Assembly: GCA_016187745.1 (NCBI GenBank)
Contig: JACPJC010000003.1
Location: forward strand, 1 to 64,000
Origin: Candidatus Iainarchaeum sp.
GTDB lineage: Archaea; Iainarchaeota; Iainarchaeia; Iainarchaeales; JAXPJC01
Reading direction: 5' to 3'
Length of the DNA: 64,000 nucleotides
Positions 1 to 8,580 of the stretch are shown in pieces. Positions within the stretch are counted from its first letter, which is position 1. Each line of letters begins with the position of its first letter. The position numbers were made by a program, and so were the translations under genes. Under the pieces are notes generated by a model, which saw nothing but the letters and a program-made list of their open reading frames with translations, was not told the origin of the DNA and searched no databases.

Positions 1-855
1 ATGCACAAATTCGAGAATGTTCTGGTTCTGGGGATTGAAAAGATGAGCGATGCAAGCACTTCAAATGCGACAAAATACATTGGCGCTGCAGGCGACAGGA
101 TACTGGACCAGGCGGAAGGGCTTATTTTCCCAGCAAAATATGCGCTAATTGCCCAGCAGCACATGCTGAAATATGGCACAACCTCAAATGACCTTGCGCT
201 TGTTGCATTGAAGAACCATGAGAATGCAAACTTAAATGAGAATGCGCATTTTTACGGCAAGAAAGTGAATCTTGAGATGATTGAGAATTCGCCGATGGTT
301 TGTTCGCCCCTGCGCCTGTATGATTGCTCGCCAATAACCGATGGCGCTGCCGCATTGGTAATTTCGAAGGAAAGGAAAGGCGCGAGGGATCTGGAGATAA
401 TTGCAAGCGCATTTACTGCAGATACTATTTCGCTTGCGCAGAGGAATGATGCGACAGCATTTGATGCCGCAAGGCGCGCTGCGGAATCCGCCTACAAGCA
501 GGCGGGAATTGGCGCACAGGATGTGGATTTTGCTGAGGTGCATGATTGCTTTACCATTGCGGAAATGGTCGCAATGGAAGATTTGGGATTCTGCAAAAAA
601 GGAGAGAGCAAGGAACTAATAAGAAATGGCGCTACAAAATTGAATGCCGAGCTTCCAATCAATGCATCAGGGGGACTGAAAGCAAGCGGGCATCCGATTG
701 GGGCAACAGGGGTTTCGCAGATATGCGAAATTGCAATCCAGTTGAGGGGGGAGGCGCAAAAAAGGCAAATTAAGGGCGCAAATAACATAGGGCTGGCGCA
801 CAATGTCGGGGGAATCGGGGGAAGCTGCGCAGTCCATATATTGAGGGGAAAATAA
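1..855 (+). CDS. Thiolase family protein (acetyl-CoA acetyltransferase, archaeal/SCP-x type), 5'-truncated by the window edge
   Basis: Motifs SPLRLYDCSPITDGAAA, EVHDCF, NASGGL, GHPIGATG and HNVGG; followed by a DUF35 partner. Confidence 0.9.
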   Translation: MHKFENVLVLGIEKMSDASTSNATKYIGAAGDRILDQAEGLIFPAKYALIAQQHMLKYGTTSNDLALVALKNHENANLNENAHFYGKKVNLEMIENSPMVCSPLRLYDCSPITDGAAALVISKERKGARDLEIIASAFTADTISLAQRNDATAFDAARRAAESAYKQAGIGAQDVDFAEVHDCFTIAEMVAMEDLGFCKKGESKELIRNGATKLNAELPINASGGLKASGHPIGATGVSQICEIAIQLRGEAQKRQIKGANNIGLAHNVGGIGGSCAVHILRGK

Positions 856-857
856 AT

Positions 858-2255
858 ATGCTCTGGATCTGTGACAAGTGCGGGGCAAAGTGGGCATATC
901 CTGTGGAGAAATGCATTTACTGCAGGGGCGCGGTAAAAGCCGAGCATGAGAAGAATTTGAAAGTAATTGGAAGGACTGATGTTTTTGCCGCATCCGCGGA
1001 GCATGAGAAAGTCCCCTATGCTTGCCTGCTGCTTGAGGATGAGAAGGGAAACCTTCACATAAGGAAGACGTTTTCAGATGTGAAAATAGGGGGCGCGCTC
1101 AGGAGCGATGAAGGCGCCCCAAAAAAAAACCTCGTTGCGGTAAGCAGGACAGGATATAGCGCAAAGGATGCAGCAAAGCGCGCAATGCAAATTCTTAATT
1201 TAAAAGAAATAAGGCCGGGGATGAAAATCCTCATCAAGCCGAATCTCGCGCTTGCAAAGCCCGCAAGCTCGGGAATTGTTACAAATCCCGAAGTTGTGCG
1301 CGGAGTAATAGAATTTTTGCTGGAGAGGGGGATTGAAAAAAATAACATAATTGTTGCGGAATCAAGCGTAATAGGATTTTCAACGCAGGAGGCGTATGAG
1401 AAATCAGGAATGAGGGCGCTTTGCGAAGAGCTTGGAATTGAATTCAAGGACCTTACAAACGGGAAATTCGTGAATAAGGCTGTTGAAATTTCGGGAAAAA
1501 AATATGTTTTTGGGATTGCGGAAGACGCGTTTGAAAATGATCTGGTAATAAATGTGCCTGTGATAAAAACGCATTTCCAGACTGAAATGAGCCTTGCGCT
1601 CAAGAACATGAAGGGGCTTGTTGATACTGAAACAAGGAAGCGCATGCATAAAATAAATATTGATGAGCAAATAGCATACATGCAGCTCGCGCTTCCGAAA
1701 TATCTTACAATTGCGGATGGCAGCATTGCGCTTGAGGGGATGGGCCCTGCGGTAATGGGAAAGCCTGCGAATCTGTCCCTTGTAATTGCAGGCAGGGATG
1801 CGGTTGCGCTTGAGGCTGCGGTTTCTGAAATCATTGGAATTCCAATTTCAAAGCACACAATGCTTGCAGCAAAATTGGGGTTCGGGATTTCCGATGCAAA
1901 TGAAATTGAAATTATTGGAGAGGAATTGGAAGTGATAAAGAGGAAATTCGAGCCCGCTTCCGGAAGGCTGAGCCCGCATGCGGATGTTGACCTTGCAGAC
2001 GGAAAGCCATGCTCGGGATGCCTTAATAGTGTTTGGGGGGTATTGAACAAGCTCAAAAGCACGCGCGGAAAGCGCATATGCGTTGCATTCGGCTCAATGC
2101 TGAGCAGGGAGCTCATTGACGGGAGCGCAATTGCAATAGGGGACTGCGCCTGCGGGAAAATTGCGGGAAACGGAAAAACCGCAAAACTCCTGGGCTGCCC
2201 GCCGGACATGGCAAAACAGGAAGAGATTATAAGGAAATATCTGCTTGAGCAATAA
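858..2255 (+). CDS. DUF35-type Zn-ribbon/OB-fold domain fused to a DUF362 (Fe-S) domain
   Basis: N-terminal CDKC...CIYC followed by PYACLLLE (DUF35-like); then LIKPNL, TNPEVV, KTHFQT..LALKNMKG, DGSIALEGMGP, and C-terminal CSGC/GDC/GCPP. Confidence 0.8.
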   Translation: MLWICDKCGAKWAYPVEKCIYCRGAVKAEHEKNLKVIGRTDVFAASAEHEKVPYACLLLEDEKGNLHIRKTFSDVKIGGALRSDEGAPKKNLVAVSRTGYSAKDAAKRAMQILNLKEIRPGMKILIKPNLALAKPASSGIVTNPEVVRGVIEFLLERGIEKNNIIVAESSVIGFSTQEAYEKSGMRALCEELGIEFKDLTNGKFVNKAVEISGKKYVFGIAEDAFENDLVINVPVIKTHFQTEMSLALKNMKGLVDTETRKRMHKINIDEQIAYMQLALPKYLTIADGSIALEGMGPAVMGKPANLSLVIAGRDAVALEAAVSEIIGIPISKHTMLAAKLGFGISDANEIEIIGEELEVIKRKFEPASGRLSPHADVDLADGKPCSGCLNSVWGVLNKLKSTRGKRICVAFGSMLSRELIDGSAIAIGDCACGKIAGNGKTAKLLGCPPDMAKQEEIIRKYLLEQ

Positions 2256-2267
2256 CGGGTTGAGCGC

Positions 2268-3203
2268 ATGGAAGAGAAAACAAAATTAACTCAGGATATT
2301 GCCGCAATTACCCCGCTTCCAATCAAAAAGATATTCCGCTATTTTAAGGGGCTTCCGAGAAGAATGCGCATTTATTATGGCGCATATCTGCTGGGAAACC
2401 GCATTTCAAAAAGGGATATTGTTGAGGCGCTGCGCAAATTGGGCGTAAAGGAGGGAAGCGCAATTGCGGTTCATAGCTCACTGAGCAGGCTTGGGTTTGT
2501 GGAAGGCGGCGCGCAGGCAGCAATTGATGCGCTATTGGAAGCTGTGGGGAAGGAAGGGACAATAATGATGCCTGCGTTTTCCGGTTTCACACAAAGCAAG
2601 GCGAATCTGGTTTTTGATGTGCGCAGTACGGAATCAAAAACCGGAATTATAACAGAAACATTCAGGAGAATGAAGGGAGTTAAAAGAAGCCTGCATCCGA
2701 TTTCCTCTGTTTGCGCTTATGGAAAGAAGGCGGAATTCATTGCAGGGGGGCATGAGAAGCACATCAGGTTTTTTGAGGAGAATACGCCATTCCACAAATT
2801 AATGCAGCTGAACGGGGATATTGTGCTGCTTGGCGCGGACATTGACACTGCGAGTTTTTTCCACGTGGTTGAGGATTGCGTGAAGGGATTCCCAATAAAA
2901 GTATATGAGAAAAAGCCGCGCATTCTCAAAGCGATTGATGAGAATGGGAAATTGCACAACATAAAAACCTATGCGCATGATTTGGATGTGCATGAGCACT
3001 GCATTGATGACAATCCTGCGGTAATAAAAAGAATGCGCGCGCTCCTTGAAAAGGCAGGGGTGCTGAAAACAATTCCCCTTGGGAAAGGAAGCGCCTCCAT
3101 CATGAATTCGCAGAAATTAATGCGGGAAATGCGCAAACTCACAAAAAAGGGCATTACAATTTATGCAAATGAGGAAGAGCAGGGGCACAAGCACGAAAAA
3201 TGA
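2268..3203 (+). CDS. AAC(3)/YokD-family N-acetyltransferase
   Basis: VHSSLSRLG.VEGG, GTIMMPAF, TGIITETFR, RSLHPISS, FFHVVE motifs. Confidence 0.85.
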   Translation: MEEKTKLTQDIAAITPLPIKKIFRYFKGLPRRMRIYYGAYLLGNRISKRDIVEALRKLGVKEGSAIAVHSSLSRLGFVEGGAQAAIDALLEAVGKEGTIMMPAFSGFTQSKANLVFDVRSTESKTGIITETFRRMKGVKRSLHPISSVCAYGKKAEFIAGGHEKHIRFFEENTPFHKLMQLNGDIVLLGADIDTASFFHVVEDCVKGFPIKVYEKKPRILKAIDENGKLHNIKTYAHDLDVHEHCIDDNPAVIKRMRALLEKAGVLKTIPLGKGSASIMNSQKLMREMRKLTKKGITIYANEEEQGHKHEK

Positions 3204-3567
3204 ATCTGTATAATTAAGTCAAATATCAAAAATAGACTGAAACTTATCCGCCGCATACTGCGTATAAAAGCAGATAAGGGCATCAAATAATTGATTATTA
3301 TGTGCAAATTTGACTGAAAACTATGCCTAACACTCATAAAATAGTGATTGGTTTATAATAGTATGTTATATAACTAGATATAGGTGCACTTGGTGCGCCA
3401 TGAAAAACATAAATTGACCCCGAGAAACCCCGAGAATTCACAAACAACAAAATGTTAAGTTGATTTCTTCGACAGGATTATGGGAGTATTAATTTATTAA
3501 TTATCAAATATGCAACACAAATAAGGCTCACCGATATTGCACCTCAAATAGAAAGGAGGTAAATAAC

Positions 3568-3708
3568 ATGGAAATATTACTTGCGATTCCGGTAGCAATA
3601 GCTGTCGGTTTCGCAATATTAACAGGTAATGCATCAATCGCATTATCCTCTTTTGCCGTAACATTGATCGCTATGGCAATATTGATAGCGGCCAATGAAT
3701 TACGCTAA
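3568..3708 (+). CDS. Small hydrophobic membrane peptide, 46 aa (MEILLAIPVAIAVGFAILTGNASIALSSFAVTLIAMAILIAANELR); not in the ORF track
   Basis: Strong GGAGGT ribosome-binding site 7 nt before the ATG; two hydrophobic stretches; hairpin downstream. Confidence 0.6.
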   Translation: MEILLAIPVAIAVGFAILTGNASIALSSFAVTLIAMAILIAANELR

Positions 3709-3721
3709 AGAGAAATGTATC

Positions 3722-3753
3722 GAAGGCACGTACTAACGTGCCTTCAATCTTTT
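3722..3753 (+). terminator. Perfect 10-bp stem-loop GAAGGCACGT-acta-ACGTGCCTTC followed by a T-rich tract
   Basis: Inverted repeat 3722-3731/3736-3745 seen directly. Confidence 0.55.
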
Positions 3754-3782
3754 AAAAGTTAACTACAACGGAGGTAAATAAC

Positions 3783-3926
3783 ATGAGTTACATTCAGATT
3801 GGGGATCGTATTCACAGAAACCCCCCACAGAATGGTTGCACAGCATCTGTTTCAAGCGGCAAAATAGTTTATGAATTTCCTTCTTGGACAGAGAAATGCG
3901 ATATTTGTTTTGGTCTCCCTAGATAA
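3783..3926 (+). CDS. Small putative zinc-binding protein, 47 aa (H-x7-C-x19-CxxC); not in the ORF track
   Basis: Same GGAGGTAAATAACATG start context as 3568; MSYIQIGDRIHRNPPQNGCTASVSSGKIVYEFPSWTEKCDICFGLPR. Confidence 0.6.
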   Translation: MSYIQIGDRIHRNPPQNGCTASVSSGKIVYEFPSWTEKCDICFGLPR

Positions 3927-3936
3927 AGGGAGGCCA
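3911..3936 (+). terminator. 10-bp stem-loop (one G-U pair) with the stop codon of the 47-aa ORF in its loop
   Basis: TGGTCTCCCT-agataa-AGGGAGGCCA. Confidence 0.45.
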
Positions 3937-4036
3937 TATCTGCACAACCACAACAGCAGCTACTGGCACAAGCACGAGAAGGCGCCCTAGCTGCCTTAGC
4001 GGTGGATTTATATAGAAATTCAGTTCATATAATAAA

Positions 4037-4483
4037 ATGCAAATAGGCGGAAAAGGCAAACTAATTGCCCTTGCATTGCTTGTTGTGCCTGTTATTCTTT
4101 TAAGCGGCTGCCTTGATGATAATGGCGGCGGCGGAAATATTATTTGCCCTGAAGAATCCGGAGACATACTTTGCGGCTATTGCAGTGAAGATGCAGCATT
4201 AAGCGACAATCCGCATGCGGGGAAATGCAGGTACTGCCCGACAGGGTCCAGCTGCTCATTTTCTGATATCTGCGGGGAGCTCAGCTGCACTACCTCTGGC
4301 GGCGGCGGAGGGGGCGGAGGAGGCGGTGGGGGCGGAACAACAACATACTATGCAAGCTGCAGCGGCTGCGACGGCCCTTACAGCACTTATTCCTACAGGG
4401 GGCCAAGCTACAGCGTATGCAATGGCTATTACCAGGTGTGCGTAGCTGCCTCATGCGATAAAATCCTTGACTACTGCAGGTAA
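4037..4483 (+). CDS. Cys-rich putative lipoprotein with a 13-Gly linker
   Basis: Basic N-terminus, hydrophobic core and LSGC lipobox; 8-Cys and 6-Cys domains separated by G13; TTTATA box upstream. Confidence 0.75.
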   Translation: MQIGGKGKLIALALLVVPVILLSGCLDDNGGGGNIICPEESGDILCGYCSEDAALSDNPHAGKCRYCPTGSSCSFSDICGELSCTTSGGGGGGGGGGGGGTTTYYASCSGCDGPYSTYSYRGPSYSVCNGYYQVCVAASCDKILDYCR

Positions 4484-4583
4484 AGAACCTTGGCATAAAT
4501 GCCAGGGCGTTTAAAGAAAGTGGAATTACAATGGTTTTCATCTCCGCCTTGAAAAGCGGAGCGTTCAGCGCCAAGGTTCTTTA
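4481..4583. mobile_element. Short non-autonomous MITE-like element, possibly IS200/IS605-derived
   Basis: Perfect 14-bp terminal inverted repeat TAAAGAACCTTGGC/GCCAAGGTTCTTTA; two internal hairpins; GTAAA direct repeat at 4480 and 4584. Confidence 0.55.
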
Positions 4584-4589
4584 GTAAAA

Positions 4590-6065
4590 TTAGGCCGGCT
4601 TAAGGATTCTTGATTTGAGGTATTTCAATTCAGAGATGCTTATTCCTTTTATTGCCAATTGGATTATGAAATAGGCAAGCGCCGCAAGCGCAAAATATGC
4701 AATTGCCATTGCAAGGCTTGCTGGTTTTGGAAATTGCAAAAGCGCAAAAAATACAACCGCAGAGGCGAGCAGGGGCTTTATTAGGGCTGAAGCGCTGAAC
4801 GGGATTTTTGCTATTGGCTTAAGCAGGAGCAGGAATGCAATGCAGAGCAGGATGTAGGAGGAAAGGGTTGCATATGCTGCGCCTATCAGCCCAAAGTTTG
4901 TTATGAGGAAATAATTCGCAATTATGTCATAAACAAGAACTGCGCCATAGATTTTTGTCGGAATGTCAGGCCTGCCGATTGCATTGTAAAGCAGCATCAG
5001 AAATACCATCAGGGCGCTGAACATTATCAGGAAGGAAAGCACAAACAGAACCTGCGAGGCTGCTGCCGCATAAGCGCCCCTGTAGAGGAACTTCACAATA
5101 AAATCCGAGAAGTAGGCAAGCAAGAACGCAACAGGCACCATCAGAAAGAGCGCGTACTTGAAGAAATGCCTGAAGGCTTCCCTTAAGTGCGCAAGGGGCT
5201 TTGCTGCAAGCTCTGAAAATACAGGGAAGAGCATGTAAACAGGAATCATGCCCGCAATCGCTGAGCTCCAGGACATTGCAATTGAGTAGAATCCAACGTT
5301 CTCAATCGGAAGCAGCGCAGAAACCATAAGGACATCCATGCTTGCGAGCAGAATGAAAATGAAATCCGCGCTCACTGCAAATCCCAAATATGGAAACAGG
5401 GCTTTCTTGTCCACTGCCCCGCTGAGCCTGAGCAGAAAGCCATACTTGCGCGCAATTATAAAAAGCAATACAAAGGCCGCAACAGCTATTGCCGCAATGT
5501 ATCCTGCAATCCCGCCGATGAAGGACTTTGTGAGGAGCGCAAGGCTTATTACAAGCGCAAGCTTCAGGGCTGCCTGGGCAAGCATTGCGCCGAAAACAAA
5601 CTCCATGCGCTGCATTGTAACGAATGCCGCCTGCAAATATCCGGAAATGCTGTATGCAATTAGGAAAAGCGCTGAAAGGCGCAGGGGAAACGCAAGGAAG
5701 GGCTTATTGAAGGCAAATGTTGCTATAAATTCTGCAAAGAGCATTACCAGAATCACAATTATCGCAAGCGCAATAAGCCTTATCCTGAAAAGGTATTTGA
5801 AATAGGCTGCAAATGTTTTCTGCCTGTTTTCCATTGCTGCGGGCGCTGCAAACTTCGAAATTGCATTGCCCGTTCCAAAGTTAGCGAAAGTGTCAAGCAT
5901 CAGCGCCATTGCAATTATCCAGGAATACATCCCGAAATTTTCAGGATCGAGGATGAATGTGAGATAGACTGCAAGGACCAGCGCAACGAGTTTTGTGGTT
6001 ATATTCACGCCAATCTGCAGCAGTGCATTTTTCGTAAATCTTCTTGCTATGCCCATTTCATTCAC
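4590..6065 (-). CDS. Wzx/MOP-family polysaccharide flippase
   Basis: Many TM helices; LDPENFGMYS, NFGTGNAISKF, VGFYSIA, FGLIGAAYAT. Confidence 0.9.
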   Translation of the reverse strand: MNEMGIARRFTKNALLQIGVNITTKLVALVLAVYLTFILDPENFGMYSWIIAMALMLDTFANFGTGNAISKFAAPAAMENRQKTFAAYFKYLFRIRLIALAIIVILVMLFAEFIATFAFNKPFLAFPLRLSALFLIAYSISGYLQAAFVTMQRMEFVFGAMLAQAALKLALVISLALLTKSFIGGIAGYIAAIAVAAFVLLFIIARKYGFLLRLSGAVDKKALFPYLGFAVSADFIFILLASMDVLMVSALLPIENVGFYSIAMSWSSAIAGMIPVYMLFPVFSELAAKPLAHLREAFRHFFKYALFLMVPVAFLLAYFSDFIVKFLYRGAYAAAASQVLFVLSFLIMFSALMVFLMLLYNAIGRPDIPTKIYGAVLVYDIIANYFLITNFGLIGAAYATLSSYILLCIAFLLLLKPIAKIPFSASALIKPLLASAVVFFALLQFPKPASLAMAIAYFALAALAYFIIQLAIKGISISELKYLKSRILKPA

Positions 6066-7573
6066 TTTTCCAATTCATAAACAGAGGCGCAATCGTCCTT
6101 ATATACCTGCTTTGCAAAGCCCTGCTGCGCAAGCTCATTTATTTTTTCCTCTTTCCATTCGTTCCTGTAGCAGGAAACTGCAATGTGCGTGAATTTTCTC
6201 TCAAGCAATTCTGAATATATTTCATCTGCCGGCATATCATAAATGCCTGCAATTTCCCCTGCCTGCACATTGGAATAGAAAACAAGCGCCTTTCCATTCT
6301 CCTTTGAGTGGATTTTCGCGCCTTCAGGCAATGTTTTTGCAAACTCAAACAATCCGGAGTGCTTCTCATAAACATTTGCATAAAAGAGCGAGGAAATTCC
6401 CGCATATGCAAACGCATAAACCGCAAACAGGACAAATGAGATTATTGCAATCGTTCTTGCCTTTCCTTTCAGGGAATCAAGGCCGTATGCGAATGCAATC
6501 CCGAACAGGGGCATTACGGCAATCAGGTATCTTATGTACATCAGGCCCCCGCGCAACCTGGCAGGCTCGGAATAGCTCATCACAAGCATGAACAAAATTG
6601 CCGCAAAAATCAAAAGAAGGATGAATAGGTTTATTGCGCTCCTGCGCTTCCACATGCGCCAGAATCCGAGCAGAATTGCAATTGTAATTGGAAGCGCAAT
6701 TATTGTGAATATTATCTGCAGCGTGGAAACTGGCAAATTTGCAAGAAGTGGAATATATGCGAAGGATTCTGGAGGGGGAAAATCATAAAATGAAAGATGC
6801 GAAACAAAAACTGAATTTGCAATCCCTGCAATTCCCATTTCCGCAGTGTAAGCTGCAACTGCTGCTGGCTTTAATGTCACCTCTGTTCCGTAGCCCTGCA
6901 TTGATGCGGAAGCAAGCCATGCGCCTGAAAGCGCAAGTGCAATTACTGCAAATGCCGCCGCATGGATTCTGCTGTCCCTGTTTTTTGCAAAAAGCCAGAG
7001 GAATGCGATGAAAATTATGGGCCAGAGGGCAATTGTATTGAGCTTCAGGAGTATGAATGCTGAAACTGCAAGCGCTGAAATAGCCGCATATTTCACATTC
7101 TGCTTGTTTTTTTCATTAATGTCAATAAAAAGGTACAATATGAAGCAGAGGAGCGCCGCGGAAAGCACATCAATGTAATTTACTGCCCCGTAGCGCACAA
7201 GCCATGGGAAAATTGAGGAGAAGGCAAGTGGAATTATGCAAGTTTTGGGGAATAATTTCCTGAACAGCAAAAACGCACATATGAAAAAAAGGATTGTTAT
7301 TATTATTGGCAGCATTCTCACAAAGGGCATTTCAAACGGGAAATTCGAGATTATGTGCAGTGAGGCTGAAAACACATAGTAAAGCGGGGAAATTACCACT
7401 CTGTCAATCAGCGGAACTGCCTGCCCAGCTGCAATTTTTTCCGCAACTGAAATATGGTAGAGCGAATCAACAAGCGCGCTTTCAGGGAGAACAGCAAGCG
7501 TGAAAACCCTTGCAATTAGGCCGATTATGAATATGGCAAGGAAGATTTTGCCCAGATCAAGGCGCATTATCAT
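6062..7573 (-). CDS. Polytopic membrane protein, GT-C (ArnT/PMT-like) glycosyltransferase-like
   Basis: TM1 followed by VDSLYH loop, many TMs, RYLIAVMP motif and a C-terminal soluble domain; start moved to ATG 7573. Confidence 0.6.
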   Translation of the reverse strand: MIMRLDLGKIFLAIFIIGLIARVFTLAVLPESALVDSLYHISVAEKIAAGQAVPLIDRVVISPLYYVFSASLHIISNFPFEMPFVRMLPIIITILFFICAFLLFRKLFPKTCIIPLAFSSIFPWLVRYGAVNYIDVLSAALLCFILYLFIDINEKNKQNVKYAAISALAVSAFILLKLNTIALWPIIFIAFLWLFAKNRDSRIHAAAFAVIALALSGAWLASASMQGYGTEVTLKPAAVAAYTAEMGIAGIANSVFVSHLSFYDFPPPESFAYIPLLANLPVSTLQIIFTIIALPITIAILLGFWRMWKRRSAINLFILLLIFAAILFMLVMSYSEPARLRGGLMYIRYLIAVMPLFGIAFAYGLDSLKGKARTIAIISFVLFAVYAFAYAGISSLFYANVYEKHSGLFEFAKTLPEGAKIHSKENGKALVFYSNVQAGEIAGIYDMPADEIYSELLERKFTHIAVSCYRNEWKEEKINELAQQGFAKQVYKDDCASVYELEK

Positions 7574-7663
7574 AGAGTGCCAAAAAGCCTTTTTATTCCT
7601 ATTTACTATGGTACAAATATAGAAATTGCGCATATTTAAATAGTATCAAATATTAATTGTATT

Positions 7664-8578
7664 ATGCCGGGCAAGTTAGTGGTGATGATTCCCGCATACA
7701 ATGAGGCGGGAACAATTGCTGAAGCGATAAGGCGCATTCCGCGCAGAATTGTTGGAATAGGGAAGGTGGAAGTGCTTGTTATTGATGATGGAAGCAGGGA
7801 TGAAACTGCAAAAATTGCTAAGGGCGCCGGTGCAGACTCGGTTTTCAGGCATGAAATAAACAGGGGCCTGGGGATTGCATTCAGGAACGGGCTTGAGAAT
7901 GCGCTCAAAATGGGCGCTGACATAATTGTAAATATGGATGCGGATTTGCAGTTCAATCCCCGGGACATTCCAAAACTTATTGAACCAATTCTCAGAAGCA
8001 GGGCGGATGTTGTTACCTGCTCCCGCTTTAAAGACGCAAAGCTAATTCCGGAAATGCCATTTATTAAAAAAATCGGCAATAAATTTTTCACTTCTCTCGT
8101 CAGCATTCTTGCGGGGCAGAAATTTACTGATACGCAATGCGGATTCCGCGCATATTCTAAGGAGGCTGCGCTGCGCGCAATGCTTTTCGGGCGCTTCACA
8201 TACACGCAGGAGGTTCTGCTGGATTTGATAAATAAGGGCTTCAGGATTGAGGAGGTTGCGTGCAAAGTGAAGGGGCAGCGCGAGGGAAAAAGCAGGATTG
8301 TGAAGCACTGGTATGTTTATGGAATAAAGGCAATGATAATAATCATAAGGAGCCTGCGCGACTACAAGCCCCTGCTGTTTTTCGGCTCTTCTGGAATAGC
8401 ATTATTTTTAATTGGAATTCTCAGCGCGCTTCTCGCGCTCAAAAACCTTGCAATAGTGCTTGTGATTTTGGGAGTATTGCTTGTTGCGCTTGCGCTTCTC
8501 GCTGACATGAGCGACAGGCAGCGCAAAATAATGGAAGAAATCTTGTACAGGCTGAAGAAACAGGAATTGGCTGATTGA
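7664..8578 (+). CDS. Glycosyltransferase family 2 (polyprenol-phosphate glycosyltransferase-like)
   Basis: IPAYNE, DDGSRD, NRGLG, DADLQ, DTQCGFRA and C-terminal TMs. Confidence 0.92.
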   Translation: MPGKLVVMIPAYNEAGTIAEAIRRIPRRIVGIGKVEVLVIDDGSRDETAKIAKGAGADSVFRHEINRGLGIAFRNGLENALKMGADIIVNMDADLQFNPRDIPKLIEPILRSRADVVTCSRFKDAKLIPEMPFIKKIGNKFFTSLVSILAGQKFTDTQCGFRAYSKEAALRAMLFGRFTYTQEVLLDLINKGFRIEEVACKVKGQREGKSRIVKHWYVYGIKAMIIIIRSLRDYKPLLFFGSSGIALFLIGILSALLALKNLAIVLVILGVLLVALALLADMSDRQRKIMEEILYRLKKQELAD

Positions 8579-8580
8579 AA

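Noticed and set aside
1055-2269. Long antisense ORFs (also 8767-9552, 38044-38808, 40409-41212)
   Set aside because: They shadow well-supported genes on the opposite strand and have no recognisable motifs
2268-3203. Aminoglycoside resistance gene
   Set aside because: Only family-level motifs; the metabolic operon context gives no support for resistance
3346-3376. dif-like Xer site (TTTATAA...TTATATAAC)
   Set aside because: The spacer is 7 nt rather than 6 and the arms are weak in an AT-rich background
3709-3765. Integron attC site after the small ORF
   Set aside because: No proper RYYYAAC/GTTRRRY pairing or extrahelical bases, and no integrase in the window
3568-4483. RiPP precursor peptides for the radical SAM enzymes
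   Set aside because: No RRE or SPASM domains, peptidase or peptide exporter recognised; the radical SAM genes sit with glycan genes
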